A stretch of 63,187 nucleotides of DNA, filler included, from Licmophora abbreviata (taxonomy: Eukaryota): NCBI GenBank assembly GCA_900291995.1. It is 4 parts of 4 records of this genome, joined end to end, with 100 filler letters (N's around TTAATTAATTAA, not from the genome) between each part and the next. Parts side by side here need not be neighbours in the genome. Positions count along the whole stretch, not along the records: positions 1 to 16,401 come from OLMU01000292.1; positions 16,502 to 24,374 come from OLMU01000294.1; 2 more parts are not named here. The stretch is one strand, 5' to 3'. Each line of letters opens with the position of its first letter. The first letter of the stretch is position 1. Position numbers and translations under genes: made by a program. Below the pieces are notes generated by a model. The model saw only the letters and a program-made list of their open reading frames with translations. It had not been told where the DNA came from and searched no databases. Positions 11,952 to 24,158 of the stretch are shown piece after piece.

Positions 11952-12481
11952 GCTTTTCTTCTTTGAGGGATCTAAAAGAGCTGTAGCGGAGCTGCAAATG
12001 CCTTGCGACCAAGGGGGATCATTTCCCACCACAAAGGCAAGACAGTGAGTGAGAGAAGCCAATGAGACCGAGAGCGAATGAAAACGTTCTGCCATTCAGG
12101 AACGTTCAACGTGTCGTCTCAAGTGACATGAACCAGGGACCAGATGCCTGTGTCGTCGGTCACTTATAGGCGCATTGAACTTCGTGACACATCTTCAACG
12201 GGTTTCGGTTTGCGTGCCTTTCGTGGCCACGAGTTATGAGATGGCTCATGACCAAATGCCAAGACTTTTTAGAGCGACGTAACACCGTAAGGCCGGCCTT
12301 CCTTATGTAAGTCCACAGGTATCATAGCAACCTACTGGTAGTCTACCGTTACGCTCGGATGCTCCACTAAATACTCTCCACTCAGGCCTCATTTACTCTT
12401 GCTAGAAGAGTTCTAGCTTTACAGCTAGCATCCACAATGTAGCGCTGCAGAAAACACCTAAAATTAGCAAAGTAGTGCCTA

Positions 12482-14497
12482 CTAAAGGTCCTCGACAGTG
12501 ACGAACCCGCCGCTTCCACCGGCACCACTTCCCTCGCCGTGCAGTTGGAACGCAAAATCGAGTTGATCCATAATCGGTACGCACATCTTTCGCATCACTT
12601 CGCCGACTTCCGTCGTAGGGAGCTCTCTCCGCATCCCTTCAATTTCCCGATACACAGCCTCGAGACCCTTGACGATTCGAGCTAACTTTTGTTGAATCGA
12701 GTCCGTCGCACCTCCTCGGGAGTCCAGCTTGCGAAGCCCATAAAAGTGACGTAGCAGCTCCGATGACCTACGAAAGTACGTATGGAGGCGCTTCCGAAAG
12801 TCTTCTGGCAATCGATTCACAACCTCCATGGCATCCTCATCGGTCGTGGCATCCGAAGCCATCTTCTTGGTAAGCGCCGACAGTAACTCTCGACCGAGCT
12901 TGGCAGGCGGAAACAGTTCTTCCTCGGTCGTCGGCGCTTTGGACGAGAGGAACGGAGCCGACAAGGCTCGAAGTTTGGTAGCTATGGCTTTGGAAAAGAC
13001 GGCATTTCGTTTCCGTGTATCTTCGTCCGTTTCTGCGCTTGCGGCTGGTTTGACCGCAAGTTTGCCCGAGTGGTACGCTTCAACGTTGGCCAGTGTAAGT
13101 TCCTCGACGTTATCCTCCTCCATACCCGTACCCCGGACATGATTTGCATCGCCCTCGGAAGCGTTTGCGTATCCCACTAGCTGTCGCATCTCACGATCAA
13201 ACCCACCATGAGGCTTGGCGTCCTCTTCGTTGTGTGCATCCGCCACAGCCATACTCTTCCTAGCCACTTCCATCAAGTTACTCCCAGCAACAGCCTCGTC
13301 GGGGTGCAACACCATGGCCCAATGCCGATTGTATTTTTGCACTACTCGACTACCTTTTCCACCATCCTGAGCGTTGGGAGGGTGCTCGTCACGGGGTCCC
13401 TCCAGCAAATGCCCACGTTCCGTTTCGGCTGTCGCCGCCAGATCAAATTGTCCAACCGCCAGTTTGGTGCCCCACCTGCGGTGCTGATGACTGGCTGCTC
13501 CCACCGTCGCGGAACCACCATTTTGTTGTTGCTGCTGCTGTTCTTGGAGCTTTGCATCATATCTTGAGAACATGTCGTCCGTTCCAACAGCTGCCGCTCG
13601 AGCGTCTTCCTGTTCGTAAGTTTTTCCTGATGATTCTTGGAGATTGGAAGACACAATGCTATGATTGCGCGCCACCGTGCCTATGCGTCCCCGATCGCGA
13701 TGAAAGTATTCCGATTCCAAGTACTTGCGCCAAAATTGTTCGTCGCTGAGCTCGAGAGGAACTTTTTCTTCGTACGCCTTGTGCACGGCTGGATACAAGA
13801 TGAAGATTTGTCTCATTTCTTCCACCCCCAGTGTGACCTTTCCCTGAAGAGGCAAGTGTGATTGTAGCAACGACGGTGTTCCCGCCTTGGTGGTTCCACA
13901 AATTTTGGCATACTCTTCTTCCAGTTGTGACTGATGCGTCTTCCAAAAATCATCCTCCGAGACAGTCTTCGTGTCTGTCACGAGATATAGGTGCTGCGCA
14001 CGCAGAGTAGGATTCGCTGCCAAGAGTGATGATCGAGTCACGGCCAAAGCTGTGGCGTCCATTTCTCCAAACCTGGCGGTTGTCGTCGATGAAGTGGAGA
14101 CTTCCGAATGTCGTCGCTTCTGACCGCTTCTCATTGAAACGGCAGCAGTGGCAGCGGCAGCACCATCTTGGCTCGTCGTCGTCATAAGTCGGCGTTGCCG
14201 GTGCTGGAGACGGGCAGTGATATCTCGCCGTATCCGCTCCAAAGCTTCCCGCGTCGGGAGTCGAAAGGTCAAGGATTGTCCATTCTGAAGAAGGACCTTC
14301 AAAAGGGATTTCGGATGCGTTGCTGGACTAACCTGATGTTTGGAAATGTGACTCCAGGGAATTGATGTGGGCGGTGTCGGACTTGCTGCTGTCGGCTTCG
14401 GTTGATATACCAGTTTGTCTTCGTCAAGAAGGACCTGGCCCTCGATCTTTTTGTGCCAAATTTGGGCATAGGTAGAGGTGTTTTCTACATCCATCAT
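12482..14497 (-). CDS. GTF2H1: TFIIH subunit p62 (PH domain plus two BSD domains)
   Basis: PH-like N-terminus (WSHISKHQVSP...KSLLKV), BSD1 (LLAANPTL...VSEDDFWK), BSD2 (IFILYPAVHKAYEEKVP...EQFWRKYLES). Confidence 0.88.
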   Translation of the reverse strand: MMDVENTSTYAQIWHKKIEGQVLLDEDKLVYQPKPTAASPTPPTSIPWSHISKHQVSPATHPKSLLKVLLQNGQSLTFRLPTREALERIRRDITARLQHRQRRLMTTTSQDGAAAATAAVSMRSGQKRRHSEVSTSSTTTARFGEMDATALAVTRSSLLAANPTLRAQHLYLVTDTKTVSEDDFWKTHQSQLEEEYAKICGTTKAGTPSLLQSHLPLQGKVTLGVEEMRQIFILYPAVHKAYEEKVPLELSDEQFWRKYLESEYFHRDRGRIGTVARNHSIVSSNLQESSGKTYEQEDARAAAVGTDDMFSRYDAKLQEQQQQQQNGGSATVGAASHQHRRWGTKLAVGQFDLAATAETERGHLLEGPRDEHPPNAQDGGKGSRVVQKYNRHWAMVLHPDEAVAGSNLMEVARKSMAVADAHNEEDAKPHGGFDREMRQLVGYANASEGDANHVRGTGMEEDNVEELTLANVEAYHSGKLAVKPAASAETDEDTRKRNAVFSKAIATKLRALSAPFLSSKAPTTEEELFPPAKLGRELLSALTKKMASDATTDEDAMEVVNRLPEDFRKRLHTYFRRSSELLRHFYGLRKLDSRGGATDSIQQKLARIVKGLEAVYREIEGMRRELPTTEVGEVMRKMCVPIMDQLDFAFQLHGEGSGAGGSGGFVTVEDL

Positions 14498-15133
14498 AGT
14501 CGTTTGTCTCTGTTTATAAATGAGAGAGCGGAAACCTCAGCAGTGGATATCATCCCGCTGGCGCCTTCATAATGTGATCTCGACAAAATGGAGATCGAAT
14601 CCAAAACTCAAAAATCGCGCGGGTCGCTGGATGTCTGTCTGTCTATCCGTCTGGACCAATGCGTTTTCATTCATTGGATGGCGCGACACGCATGCCGGCA
14701 CTTTTTGTTGTTTCTCGAGCAGGACTCACAGAACACATAACCTTTGTAGCTGATTAAAGCATGCATTACTTAAAACGCCTACATCACTGTAGCTTCAAGA
14801 TTAAAAATTTGGCGCGTTGATTCTTATCAGCGAGGAATTGCCGATCGCCACGCCACACCAACAATAACCCGGTATGAGAGTAAATGTATGTTGTTGTTGT
14901 TGTCGTCGTCGTACTTGTTGTCCACGATCCACGGTCCATGGTAGTCTTCGCTCAACCCCCGAGAACAAGCGCTTGTCCATAGAAGAGTTAGGATACTACA
15001 CTTCGGCGACTGAGGAGTGTGCTGATTGGATTATTGCAGTTCTGTAGTTAGGACGGATCTGAAGCGTCTCTCTGGCGTGACCGAGGAAGATCACCTTCAA
15101 TAGCACCTCGCCCACTTCGTCGTTAGCATCACC

Positions 15134-16015
15134 ATGCCGCGCGATCCATACAAAGCTCTGGGCATCTCCCACGAGGCGTCGGCGGGTCAGATTAAGCAAG
15201 CATATCGGAAATTAGCACTGCAGTTGCACCCAGACCGGCTCACACGACAAAAAGCGTCGACAGAAGAAGCTAAGGAGGCCGTCAAGAAGTTTGCAGAGAT
15301 TGCGTCTGCCTACCAACTGCTTACGGACGACCAGCGCAAGCGACAGTATGACCACATTTATAAATATGGAGGCTACGACGACGACGTAGAAGCGGTTAAG
15401 GAAGTGCCACAAGTACGGAGAACAGCACAGCCCACAACCTTTCATTACCCGACTTCAAATGTACGGCGGTCGACGAAGCGGTCATCGTCCTCGCCACCTT
15501 CGGGGTTTTCGCCGTTTCCATCATCTCCGTCCGAGAAGAATAAAACTGGCATTGGGTATGCTGTAACGGACCCCATATCATTCTTGTTGTCCCGAGGAAA
15601 CAATCGATCGGCGGCAGTCGCTGGAGTTCAGATTCCATCCAGAATTCACCTGGCGCACCCGCCGCCAGGCGGCGGCTTTCGACTGGCATTTTCATCGGGA
15701 CAATACAAGAAAACACCGAATGGGTGTAAAACATACGTCTCCAAGACGACGCAGTTTGTTCAAGGAAAGAAGTATTCTCGAGTAGAGACTACTACATTGC
15801 ACCCGGACGGGCGAAAAGAAATAGTCATTGAGGGAAACGATTATGTCGAACGAAGAGTCAGTACTCCTCCCAAGAGAAAAACGAAGTCGTCGCGGAAGGA
15901 ACACGACAACGTAGCGGCGACGAAAGAAGAGCCATGGTATATTGGAGCATGGAATGGTATTTGTGACAAATTAAGCATGTGCCACAACCCATGTGCTGCT
16001 GTCATGGCACAGTGA
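15134..16015 (+). CDS. DnaJ (J-domain) protein
   Basis: DPYKALG...IKQAYRKLALQLHPD...FAEIASAYQLL.D..KR.QYD; DNAJB6-like C-terminal beta region. Confidence 0.9.
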   Translation: MPRDPYKALGISHEASAGQIKQAYRKLALQLHPDRLTRQKASTEEAKEAVKKFAEIASAYQLLTDDQRKRQYDHIYKYGGYDDDVEAVKEVPQVRRTAQPTTFHYPTSNVRRSTKRSSSSPPSGFSPFPSSPSEKNKTGIGYAVTDPISFLLSRGNNRSAAVAGVQIPSRIHLAHPPPGGGFRLAFSSGQYKKTPNGCKTYVSKTTQFVQGKKYSRVETTTLHPDGRKEIVIEGNDYVERRVSTPPKRKTKSSRKEHDNVAATKEEPWYIGAWNGICDKLSMCHNPCAAVMAQ

Positions 16016-16401
16016 AGATCATTTTTAGAGGGGATGCCGGCGTCCAAGCTGTGGTCGCACGACATTATTTGTTGGTCTCGAGAGACCTTATCTGTCAGCC
16101 AAGTCCAGTAAAGTTAAATCTGTGAGATCGTTTATGAAGACTGTACGATTGTTATGAAACCACGTGTGTCGTTGCCTGTCACAACACGTAGCTTTGATAG
16201 CTTTGAACGCCATGCTGAACTAGTTCCTTTGTCGCTTGGAGCACAACCAGTCATTAATCTGACTCCAATCGTACCAGCTGCCTGATCTTAGCAAGGATTA
16301 TTCAGTTCAGGATTGTTGAATGCGCAATGTGCGAATCAAGTTCCACCGCTCTCATCACTCATTGCAATGCTCATCGTCTTCGATGTTTTACCCCTGATGT
16401 T

Positions 16402-16501
16402 NNNNNNNNNNNNNNNNNNNNNNNNNNNNNNNNNNNNNNNNNNNNTTAATTAATTAANNNNNNNNNNNNNNNNNNNNNNNNNNNNNNNNNNNNNNNNNNN
16501 N
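16402..16501. other. Artificial assembly spacer (N44-TTAATTAATTAA-N44)
   Basis: Exactly 100 bp; the central 12-mer has stops in all six frames. Confidence 0.97.
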
Positions 16502-16735
16502 AAGTACGAAGAGAAGCGAAGACGAGAGGTGGGAATGCTGGAACGACAGCAACGCGAAGTGGAAAGCAGGACAAAGAGGGCTCCTCAGAATCCTATGGCG
16601 ACCCTGATAAAAGCAAAACGAAAGCGTGTCACACCGACATGTCCGAAGGTGCAGCAAAGTGCGTTGTCAAAAGAAACGGGTGGTGGGTTAGAAGGCCTAT
16701 TGGGGGGATACGGCTCCGATTCTGATTCTGATTGA
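16502..16735 (+). CDS. 3' fragment of a gene truncated by the gap (coiled coil, basic stretch, LLGGYGSDSDSD tail; possibly FAM192A/Fyv6-like)
   Basis: Open frame from the gap edge to TGA 16733-16735; the L.GY.SDSD tail is typical of nuclear proteins, but the family call is weak. Confidence 0.45.
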   Translation, partial: KYEEKRRREVGMLERQQREVESRTKRAPQNPMATLIKAKRKRVTPTCPKVQQSALSKETGGGLEGLLGGYGSDSDSD

Positions 16736-16744
16736 GTAGCTGCA

Positions 16745-18411
16745 CTATTTTTTCTTCTGAATAATCTTATTCCGCAGCTCTTTCGTTGTTTGGTCGTTTT
16801 GCAAGTATCGTTCTACAATGTCCCGAGCATACTGTGGCAACGCTATTCTCGCCCGCTCTTCACCCCACACATGCAGCACATGAAAGTAATTTCGGAGCAC
16901 ATGGTAGTCTATGCTGTAGCGAGCAAAGTTGACACCTTTTGGACCCACATTCGTCAGTACGTTCGCGAAGATTTCGGCTATCCATCGCGGCATACCCTCT
17001 GCTCGTACCTCACCGCCGGACATTCCCATGACGATACCATCGGACGCCACGGTTGCCGCCGCTAGCTGTTCGTATGCTCCAGAGCCTGTTGCATCGTCCA
17101 TGATTTCCAATCGGGACGCGTCCCGGGCACACTCTACCATCGTGAAGCCTTTCTCGTTGCGGATCGTAAGAGTTTGACTGGACGTATCCATTCGTCCACT
17201 GCGATCCAGGGGAGCGCCCATATATCCGACCACGACATCAGCTAGGGCATTCGTGTAATCAAAGCAAGCAAGACACGAAGGCGCTATGGAGGCTTCTGCA
17301 ATACTCCCCGGCAAAGTAAAATATGGCTTCTTCACATACGAGTCATCCGTCTTGACGTGCACCCGAAAATCCTATGACACACACAGAATGCAGTTAGCCT
17401 TGTTATCAACAGTACACCACATGTTTCTGGATTTTGGCGCTCACCTGCATGAATTCGTAACCTCGTATCCGACTCTCCTCCACTTTGACACCGTTGCGGA
17501 TGAACGATTGTGCCGCCTCTGGCGTCGGGCTATTGTCAGCACAGTTTGTTCCCAATACGTAGACCTCGTCCAAGTCGAGACTATCCTGGACAGATCGAAA
17601 TGCTATATATAGTAGGAGAAAATGCAGTGTACGATGTGAGAGCCTTGATGGCACCCGCTTCAAATTCTAGATGCCTCCACAAAAACATACCTTGCACGGA
17701 ACAACCAACGCCGCAAAACAGGAGCTTCCGTATGGATTTGTCCTCTTGAATTCTATCCAAGACACGTAAGCTTGGGGCTAGCGCTGGTTTTACACCCCGT
17801 CCCCGGAGGACATCCTGAGGAGTCTTGGCAATTATTGGTTCCGGAGAACTCCATTGATCCGAAGATTCTTTGGCAATGCACACAACCGCGTCGACCATTC
17901 CGCTCTCCAGCATCGACAAGGCTATTCCAGTCACACATCCCGTCCATTGCGCGTTCGCTACACTCTTCCCGCGAGCTAGCTTCATAGGTTGGTACAGGAC
18001 TCCAAAGCGCGCTTCTTCGGCAAGGCTTGATGATGAAGACGAGGAGGATGCTGATTTCACATGAGCGATTGTTAAGTCGCGTTTCCGACCATGTACTTTG
18101 TGTTCCAGCTGGTCGATTCGCGCCATTCCTTCGTCGAGGAATGCACATGCATTGGAAACTTGTGAAACAAACGTCGTTTCACACAAGCCACATTTGGAAC
18201 AGTGCTCCTTTGCCGGAAACCGATCAGGCCATCCCGACGGTTCGATCGGCGACGCAGCATTTTGAGTAGTCGCCCTTTGTGCGGATGAGGAAGTCCTTCG
18301 ATGTCTCGAAGTGAATGCCTGAAGCGGAAGTACAGGGGTAGCGAGAAATACTGCGACGAGGAGAAGTGCATCCGACGACCAACGAATCTTCGGTGCCGCT
18401 GTTTTCGCCAT
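16745..18411 (-). CDS. HCAR / ferredoxin-dependent divinyl reductase (BciB)-like FrhB-family Fe-S flavoprotein. Exons 18411-17691, 17602-17445, 17371-16745
   Basis: PAKEHCSKCGLC, KPALAPSL, LFCGVGCSVQA, YVLGTNCADN, YEFMQDFRVH, PSCLACFDYTNALADVVVGYMG, GPKG..FARYSIDYH; introns 17690-17603 and 17444-17372; signal plus transit-like N-terminus. Confidence 0.88.
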
Positions 18412-18685
18412 GGTGAAGGGTGATTTTGCAGCCGTCGCGAAAGTTATTTGTGTTTGAAACGTCAAAAGTTTCGCATCACGCGAGCTATATCCACGAGCTA
18501 TTCTTTAGTCGCGAGAACGATTCGGAAAATTCCAATGACGACGACCCACGGCGCGCCAAAAGCCAAACGTTCTTGGCATCGCGATGATGGACGGATCTTC
18601 GTTCGTATCATATCGTCATTCACTCCTTTACAACACAGTCACTTTATCGATCGATTGATTGCATAGTCCTTCATCTCAAAGAAGC

Positions 18686-21600
18686 ATGAAGCTCCGACCT
18701 CTTTGGATCGACTACCATGCAGATGCGGTGAGTCGACTCGCCGAGGCACAGCCCGTGCAGAGGCCTCCGATTGTCATCCTTGATCCGGCGGACGTGACGT
18801 ACCAAGAGAGCGAGAGCAGTGACAGCACCGATGACTGCACTGTGGTGCCGCGGTCTTCTGCTTCTACCCTTTTCCAGCGGCGTCGCCGTAGCGCTTTGCC
18901 CTTGGATGTGCTCAAGGATGACTCGAGCCTTTCGCTCCTGGACGCGGATCCTTTGGAAGACACGGGCGACGACAAGTCAACGTCTACGGCATCATCCGTC
19001 ACCCAGACGAACACGCACAAGCGGAAGTCGCAGTCACAGATTGCTGCCAAGAGAAAACTGCGACGCCTAGCTACTGGTGATGCTGATGATGCGGATATGG
19101 ATGACAGTCTAGCGCGTGGAGACGACGATTCTCAAGCGGTACGTTATTGCAGCTACCCAGAACTGCATGTGCTCACGAACAGACGCGATTGCCACACTTT
19201 ATTACGCCACCTTACATGGTTCTATGCTTCTTCGTTTACATGCAGGACCTTCAGAAGAACAAGGACATAGAGTTGACGTCGCCAAGCGTGTCGAGAGCAT
19301 TTCTGGTGCAGCGAGAATCTCCCACGAGACGAGACAAGCATGGTGACACTCCTCTTACCCCACCCACAGTCGTTGTTCCGATCGACCCCGCCGTCATGCG
19401 CCTGCTCTTGTTGCAACACGAGCTGCGTGTATCTCGCAAGAGAGTCTCCGATAGGCCGAGCAACTATGGAACGTTTTACTTTGGGACTACAAAAAGGGCG
19501 CGTTCTTCTTTCTGGCGCACGTCTCCTCTTTGCATCTTCTCCCCCAACGAGTGGATCCGCAGAGCGTGCGACTCGTTCACCGCATCTGCTCCCATCGACT
19601 TTGGTTTTCTGCAATTGCTGCGTCTAACGCGGAAGGGAATACTCGAAGGTATCGATCGATACGGCGCCGTTCCATATTCAGACCTCGACGTGGACCGAAT
19701 CAACACTCTCTGCCGTGGCACTTTCAAAAGATTCTTATCACGATGCCCCTCAGTCCACGCCCTTCACAACGAAGGAGTTTCTTCCGAACCCACTTCTGCT
19801 CTTGCCGTGGCTCCTCCGCGTCCAGCGGTTGCATCGATCTGGCTGGAAGTTGTCAAGGCGAACATTGCACTAATTCATCAGGACCGAAAAGCGGGACACG
19901 TCGACTCCACCTGCATGTGGGACGATGGACTGTCACAGCCTTGGAAAAGAAAGAGAACTGTTTACGACTGTAATCGGCAAAACCTTGAGTCAAAGTCAAC
20001 CATGTGGGACGACCGTAAGCGAAAGCAAGCAAACGAGGCACCCGCATCGCCTAGAGCAAAGCCGCGTGTCCATAAAGCAGAAGCGCAGGAAGAGCAACAA
20101 GATGCCAATGCCTTCATCGACTTTTTCGATCGTGGAAGAGCAGACAGTATCCGATGACGCCCGAAAGGTTGATCAAACAGCAATCGTGTCGACGCAATGC
20201 CTGAAGGAAGAAGCCGATCCCACAATTTTGAGCAGGTACGCTGCGATTTCTTCACTGCTTCAATGGTTCGGTCGTTGCAATGTACCTGACATCTTATCTT
20301 TTTTCTCTGTCGCGTGTAGCAGACGACAGCATGGGGCCAAGAGAACGAAGACGGAAATGTCGACGACGCCCCTCTCGTCTGTTGTCGACAGAGCGAAAAC
20401 AGTGTTGCCAGAGCATCAAAGGGATACGGCGACATCGGTTTACGGTCTTCAAACGCCAGAAACACGTCGACTTCCTAGGGGAATGAAGGCTTCTCACTGT
20501 GTACGTTCTGAAGCTCCCGCCATGTCTTTGGTGAACGAGAAAATGGACACCAGTGGCGCACATCAGTCCAAGCTGCCCGACGATCGGATTCGCAAGTCCA
20601 AACGGAAGAAACGGAAGCACAAGAAAGAGCGAAAAACAAAGCGCCGAAAGAACTGCGAGAAACCTGAGGGAGATGGACCGGCCCTCGCAATTGTTGCGAG
20701 CAGAGAGTCTATGAAGGAAGACAAGGAGGCCGAGACGCCGTCCAACGACCCACTTTTCGACGTTGCCCCGCGGAAGAGTGCACCCTTGTCGGGCACATTG
20801 GACTGCGATCACCACCTCTCCGCTCGCAACTTCTCGATGGAAACGTCTTTGGCCGTACCAACGCTGAACGCTCCGAAGGAGCGTGCGTCAAGTGACAATG
20901 CTCCATGTGTATCCACTTCACGTCCCGTGCGAAGCATGAAGCCTATCCGAACAGACGAGAACGTCCCGGTCGTAACGCCGCGTGCCGTAGCTGATCTCCC
21001 CAGTCTCGTTGCTACCCATGGGCCAGTCAACCCGAAAGTCTTCCAAAGACGCCAAGATCAGGCCGACACTGCCTTCTCGTCACTACCACCTCAGACGGCA
21101 CTGTGTTCCGAAGGTTTCATTGAGACTTGGGGGCGTGCCACGACGGAGCTAGCCACGGGGCAGTGGACTTCGGCTGCTCGGATAGACTTATCAGAGACTT
21201 CGGGCGATCGCCCAGCTGTCGGCAAGGCCATACGTCTTGTGGACACCTCACTTCTCGATCATCTTGGTGTTGACATTGAGCTTGCGGGGCGAACTTCTAT
21301 CCTTGTTTGTTCCTCCGACATCCTCGAAGCTCCCTCTGGTTTACGGGAGTTCAGTGCAAAGCTATTACATCTCGTGGCTAGTGAGCGCTATGCGTGGATT
21401 CACATCATGATCCATACCAGTGGTGAAATGACGGCGTCGCTTTGTACGGCTGTTGCACAGCTTCAGATCGCCGTTTTGACGCAAAACGGGGGCCCAGCAT
21501 GCTGCCCGTGCTTTCATGTTGTCTCAGCTCAGTCATTGTCTTCGGAAATCGCCTTGCTCTTGATCGATTTATCACATGGTGAAAACTCTACTAACGCTTC

Positions 21601-21913
21601 TATTTTCGATGAGTCGTTTGTACGGGACAGCCGTGTGGAGGAGCGTGCACGATTCCTCGTTTCGCTTTTGCCGTCGCTCAGTCTCGTTGGGGCGCTCCAG
21701 TGCCTCCGACTTTCGACCTTGTCAGCGTTGACGACTTCCCCGGATTGCGGTGACGAGTCAGGACATTCCCTACGCATCCTTCTTTCAACTGAAAAGGCAA
21801 CTATGGATTCGTTGATTCAAAACAAACCTATCGCGCTTTCCGAGGTAGAACAACGAACTCTATACCAACTTGCTGTAGCCTTGGACGCTCCTTTGTCGAG
21901 CCCGGGGAGCTAG
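18686..21913 (+). CDS. Large hypothetical nuclear protein; C-terminus possibly XPF/ERCC4-like plus HhH (SHOC1/Zip2-like). Introns 19139-19245 and 20236-20319; apparent frameshift near 20124
   Basis: Three ORFs joinable by GT-AG introns and one T-run slip; Lys/Arg-rich NLS; C-terminal VDIELAGRTSILV and ARFLVSLLPSLSLVGALQCL. Confidence 0.5.
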
Positions 21914-21963
21914 AAGTGGCGTCTTTCCCAGAAGCGTAAGCGATTGATCAATCAAACGCGTGT

Positions 21964-24158
21964 CTAGAATATTTGAAAATTCTCATCGGAAGCTTTCAGC
22001 TTCGCATATATTGTGGTAAGGTCGTCGTCTGCTTTTACGGTAAAAGGTCCTTCTTCTTCTCCATCCTGCATCGATCGCAGAAGATCGGCAAGTTCGTCCC
22101 GATTGGATTCGTCAGTTTGATCTATCGACCTCCCGCCGAGCGGTTCTTCCACGAAATTGTCGAGCGCGTCGTCAATTTCCTCTCTAATATTTCTACCATT
22201 GGTGGCACTGACATCTTTCATGTCTAGCGCGCTCCACTCTGCCTCATTTTCGTCCTTGCTGATGGCAGGCCCGGTTGTTGGGAGAAAGACTCGGCTGTAA
22301 GTCTCCATCCAAGCGGTGGACAGAAGACAAGCAACTTCTGCATCGCTACCATCCAATCCGGTGTTCCCACTGCCTCCAAACTCCTCGTCGACAAATCTTT
22401 CGTCCTCGTCGCTTTCATTAGCAGTACCAGACACACCAATGTGGGCGAATCCATGACCTTGGTCAGGAAATACTTTCACCATGTGGTCTTTTATTCTGTC
22501 ATCCTCCTCCAGCAGCAATTTCAGATCTCCTGCATCTTCAGGGGTCGCGCCAGCGATGGTGTCTTTGCCAGCAAAGATAGCCATGACAGCAACATTTCGC
22601 TTCGATCCGTCAATATTCGCGTTTGATCCCTTGTGATTCATACCAAACAGAGTGTTGGCATCATAGCGGTTGGGTACCATGCTATAGCCGCCATGGGATC
22701 CACTGGCGGTGGTCCAACGCTGCCGTCGACGTCATGGACAATATCGTCAGGAAAGTACCCCGCCGCTGTCTCCAATGCACGTCCTCCACCGTAACATGTT
22801 CCCCAAACAGCGATTGAGCTGACACCATATCGTTCTCGTAGACATGCTCCCGCCGCTCGGATATCGACGCTAACACGGAGATCGGAATGAGTTGATCGCC
22901 ACTGCTCGTACGTCTGTCCTCGAGCGTTCTTTCCGGGCGTCTTGGCCGCCTCTTGCCACGGATGACCATGAAACAAATCAGGTGCCATAACGACGACTGG
23001 CTGGCATTCAAAGGCAATCTTCTCCGCTAGAGCACGGGTGTCATCTGCGAATGGACCATAAACATCGCTCAGTAACAGCACGCCGTGTACCTCAGAGGCG
23101 CTAAGCTGCGCCCCGGTCTGTGTGAACTTGCCCCAGTCGGAATAGTCTCGCTCCACAACTCTAGTATATAGACCTGTTTCATCACCCTCATCCAAGCCCT
23201 CGTCATCTTCGAACCGGAGAGGCACTCGCGCGGCTACTTCGCGTTTGCTCTGAATTTCTCGTAACCGATCTTCGGCACTAGTCGTTTTGTTTTGTCCCTT
23301 TTCACCGCCCAGCAAGAACGCCTTGAGCGCATCCCGGCTCGCGACAACAAAGGCCTTTACGTCAGTCTGATTTGATCCTTTGTATTCAACAACTGTACGG
23401 GACAGATTATCAACCACAACTCGTCGTCCTTCGTAGTCGTCAACAATTCTAGCCTCACGGCCCCATACTTCGGGCCCGGACGACGATTCCGAAGAGTCCG
23501 AGTCGTCGTCGTCATCGTGTGTGCTCGCGCTACTGATCGAGTCGTCCTTCACAGACCCCCTCAGGTCAGTCGACGATCTTACCGATTTTCCCTTTTCCTT
23601 GTCATCGAGATAGGAAGTGACATCAACTAGTTCCTTTCCGCGCTCCTTGGCAAACTTGCGGGCTTCGCGGTTATCAGCAGTATCATTTTCGTCTGAAACC
23701 ACAACTTCAGCGTCCAGTATAGGAGAGTCATCCGTCGAGTCAACAGGTCTAGCATCGCTATCGTTCGTTTGAGAATTCTGCAACAGTCTTTCCTGTAATT
23801 CAATCTTTCGGCCACTAACTTTGAGACGCCGGAGTCGTAATTGCTGCTTCAGCTGGGGAACGGTCAAGGATTCCACTTGGTCACGAGTTAGCTCGTCGGC
23901 ATGACTGGAAGGCAGGCCCGCTGACGAGTCATCGCTGCTGCTATCAACAGATAGCTTTCGTCGCACGCTACTCCAACATGAGGATGACGAGGGCCAAGAG
24001 GATCGAAAGGGAGTTTTCAAAACAGATCTCGGGGTGGCAACAAATGGAAAAGCCGAAACCAGATGGATGTTCTGCAGTGATGTGCGACGCAACACCAAAA
24101 TCAAAGATCCGAGCGCGTAGACAGACGTCACCCGTGATCTCCGACTGATTCCTCTCAT
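21964..24158 (-). CDS. Dienelactone hydrolase-family alpha/beta hydrolase with N-terminal SAP domain, possibly plastid-targeted; apparent frameshift near 22669
   Basis: SAP LTVPQLKQQLRLRRLKVSGRKIELQERL; LLLSDVYG, MAPDLFHG, nucleophile WGTCYGG, AGKD, VFPDQGHGF. WYPT/RYDA is broken by one missing C; VSAF motif in the N-terminus. Confidence 0.8.

Noticed and set aside
14889..14912. (GTT)n(GTC)n short tandem repeat
   Set aside because: Ordinary short microsatellite in intergenic/UTR sequence
16446..16457. TTAATTAATTAA palindrome repeated three times as a biological repeat or piggyBac-type TTAA target
   Set aside because: Always centred in 44+44 Ns, so it is an artificial linker
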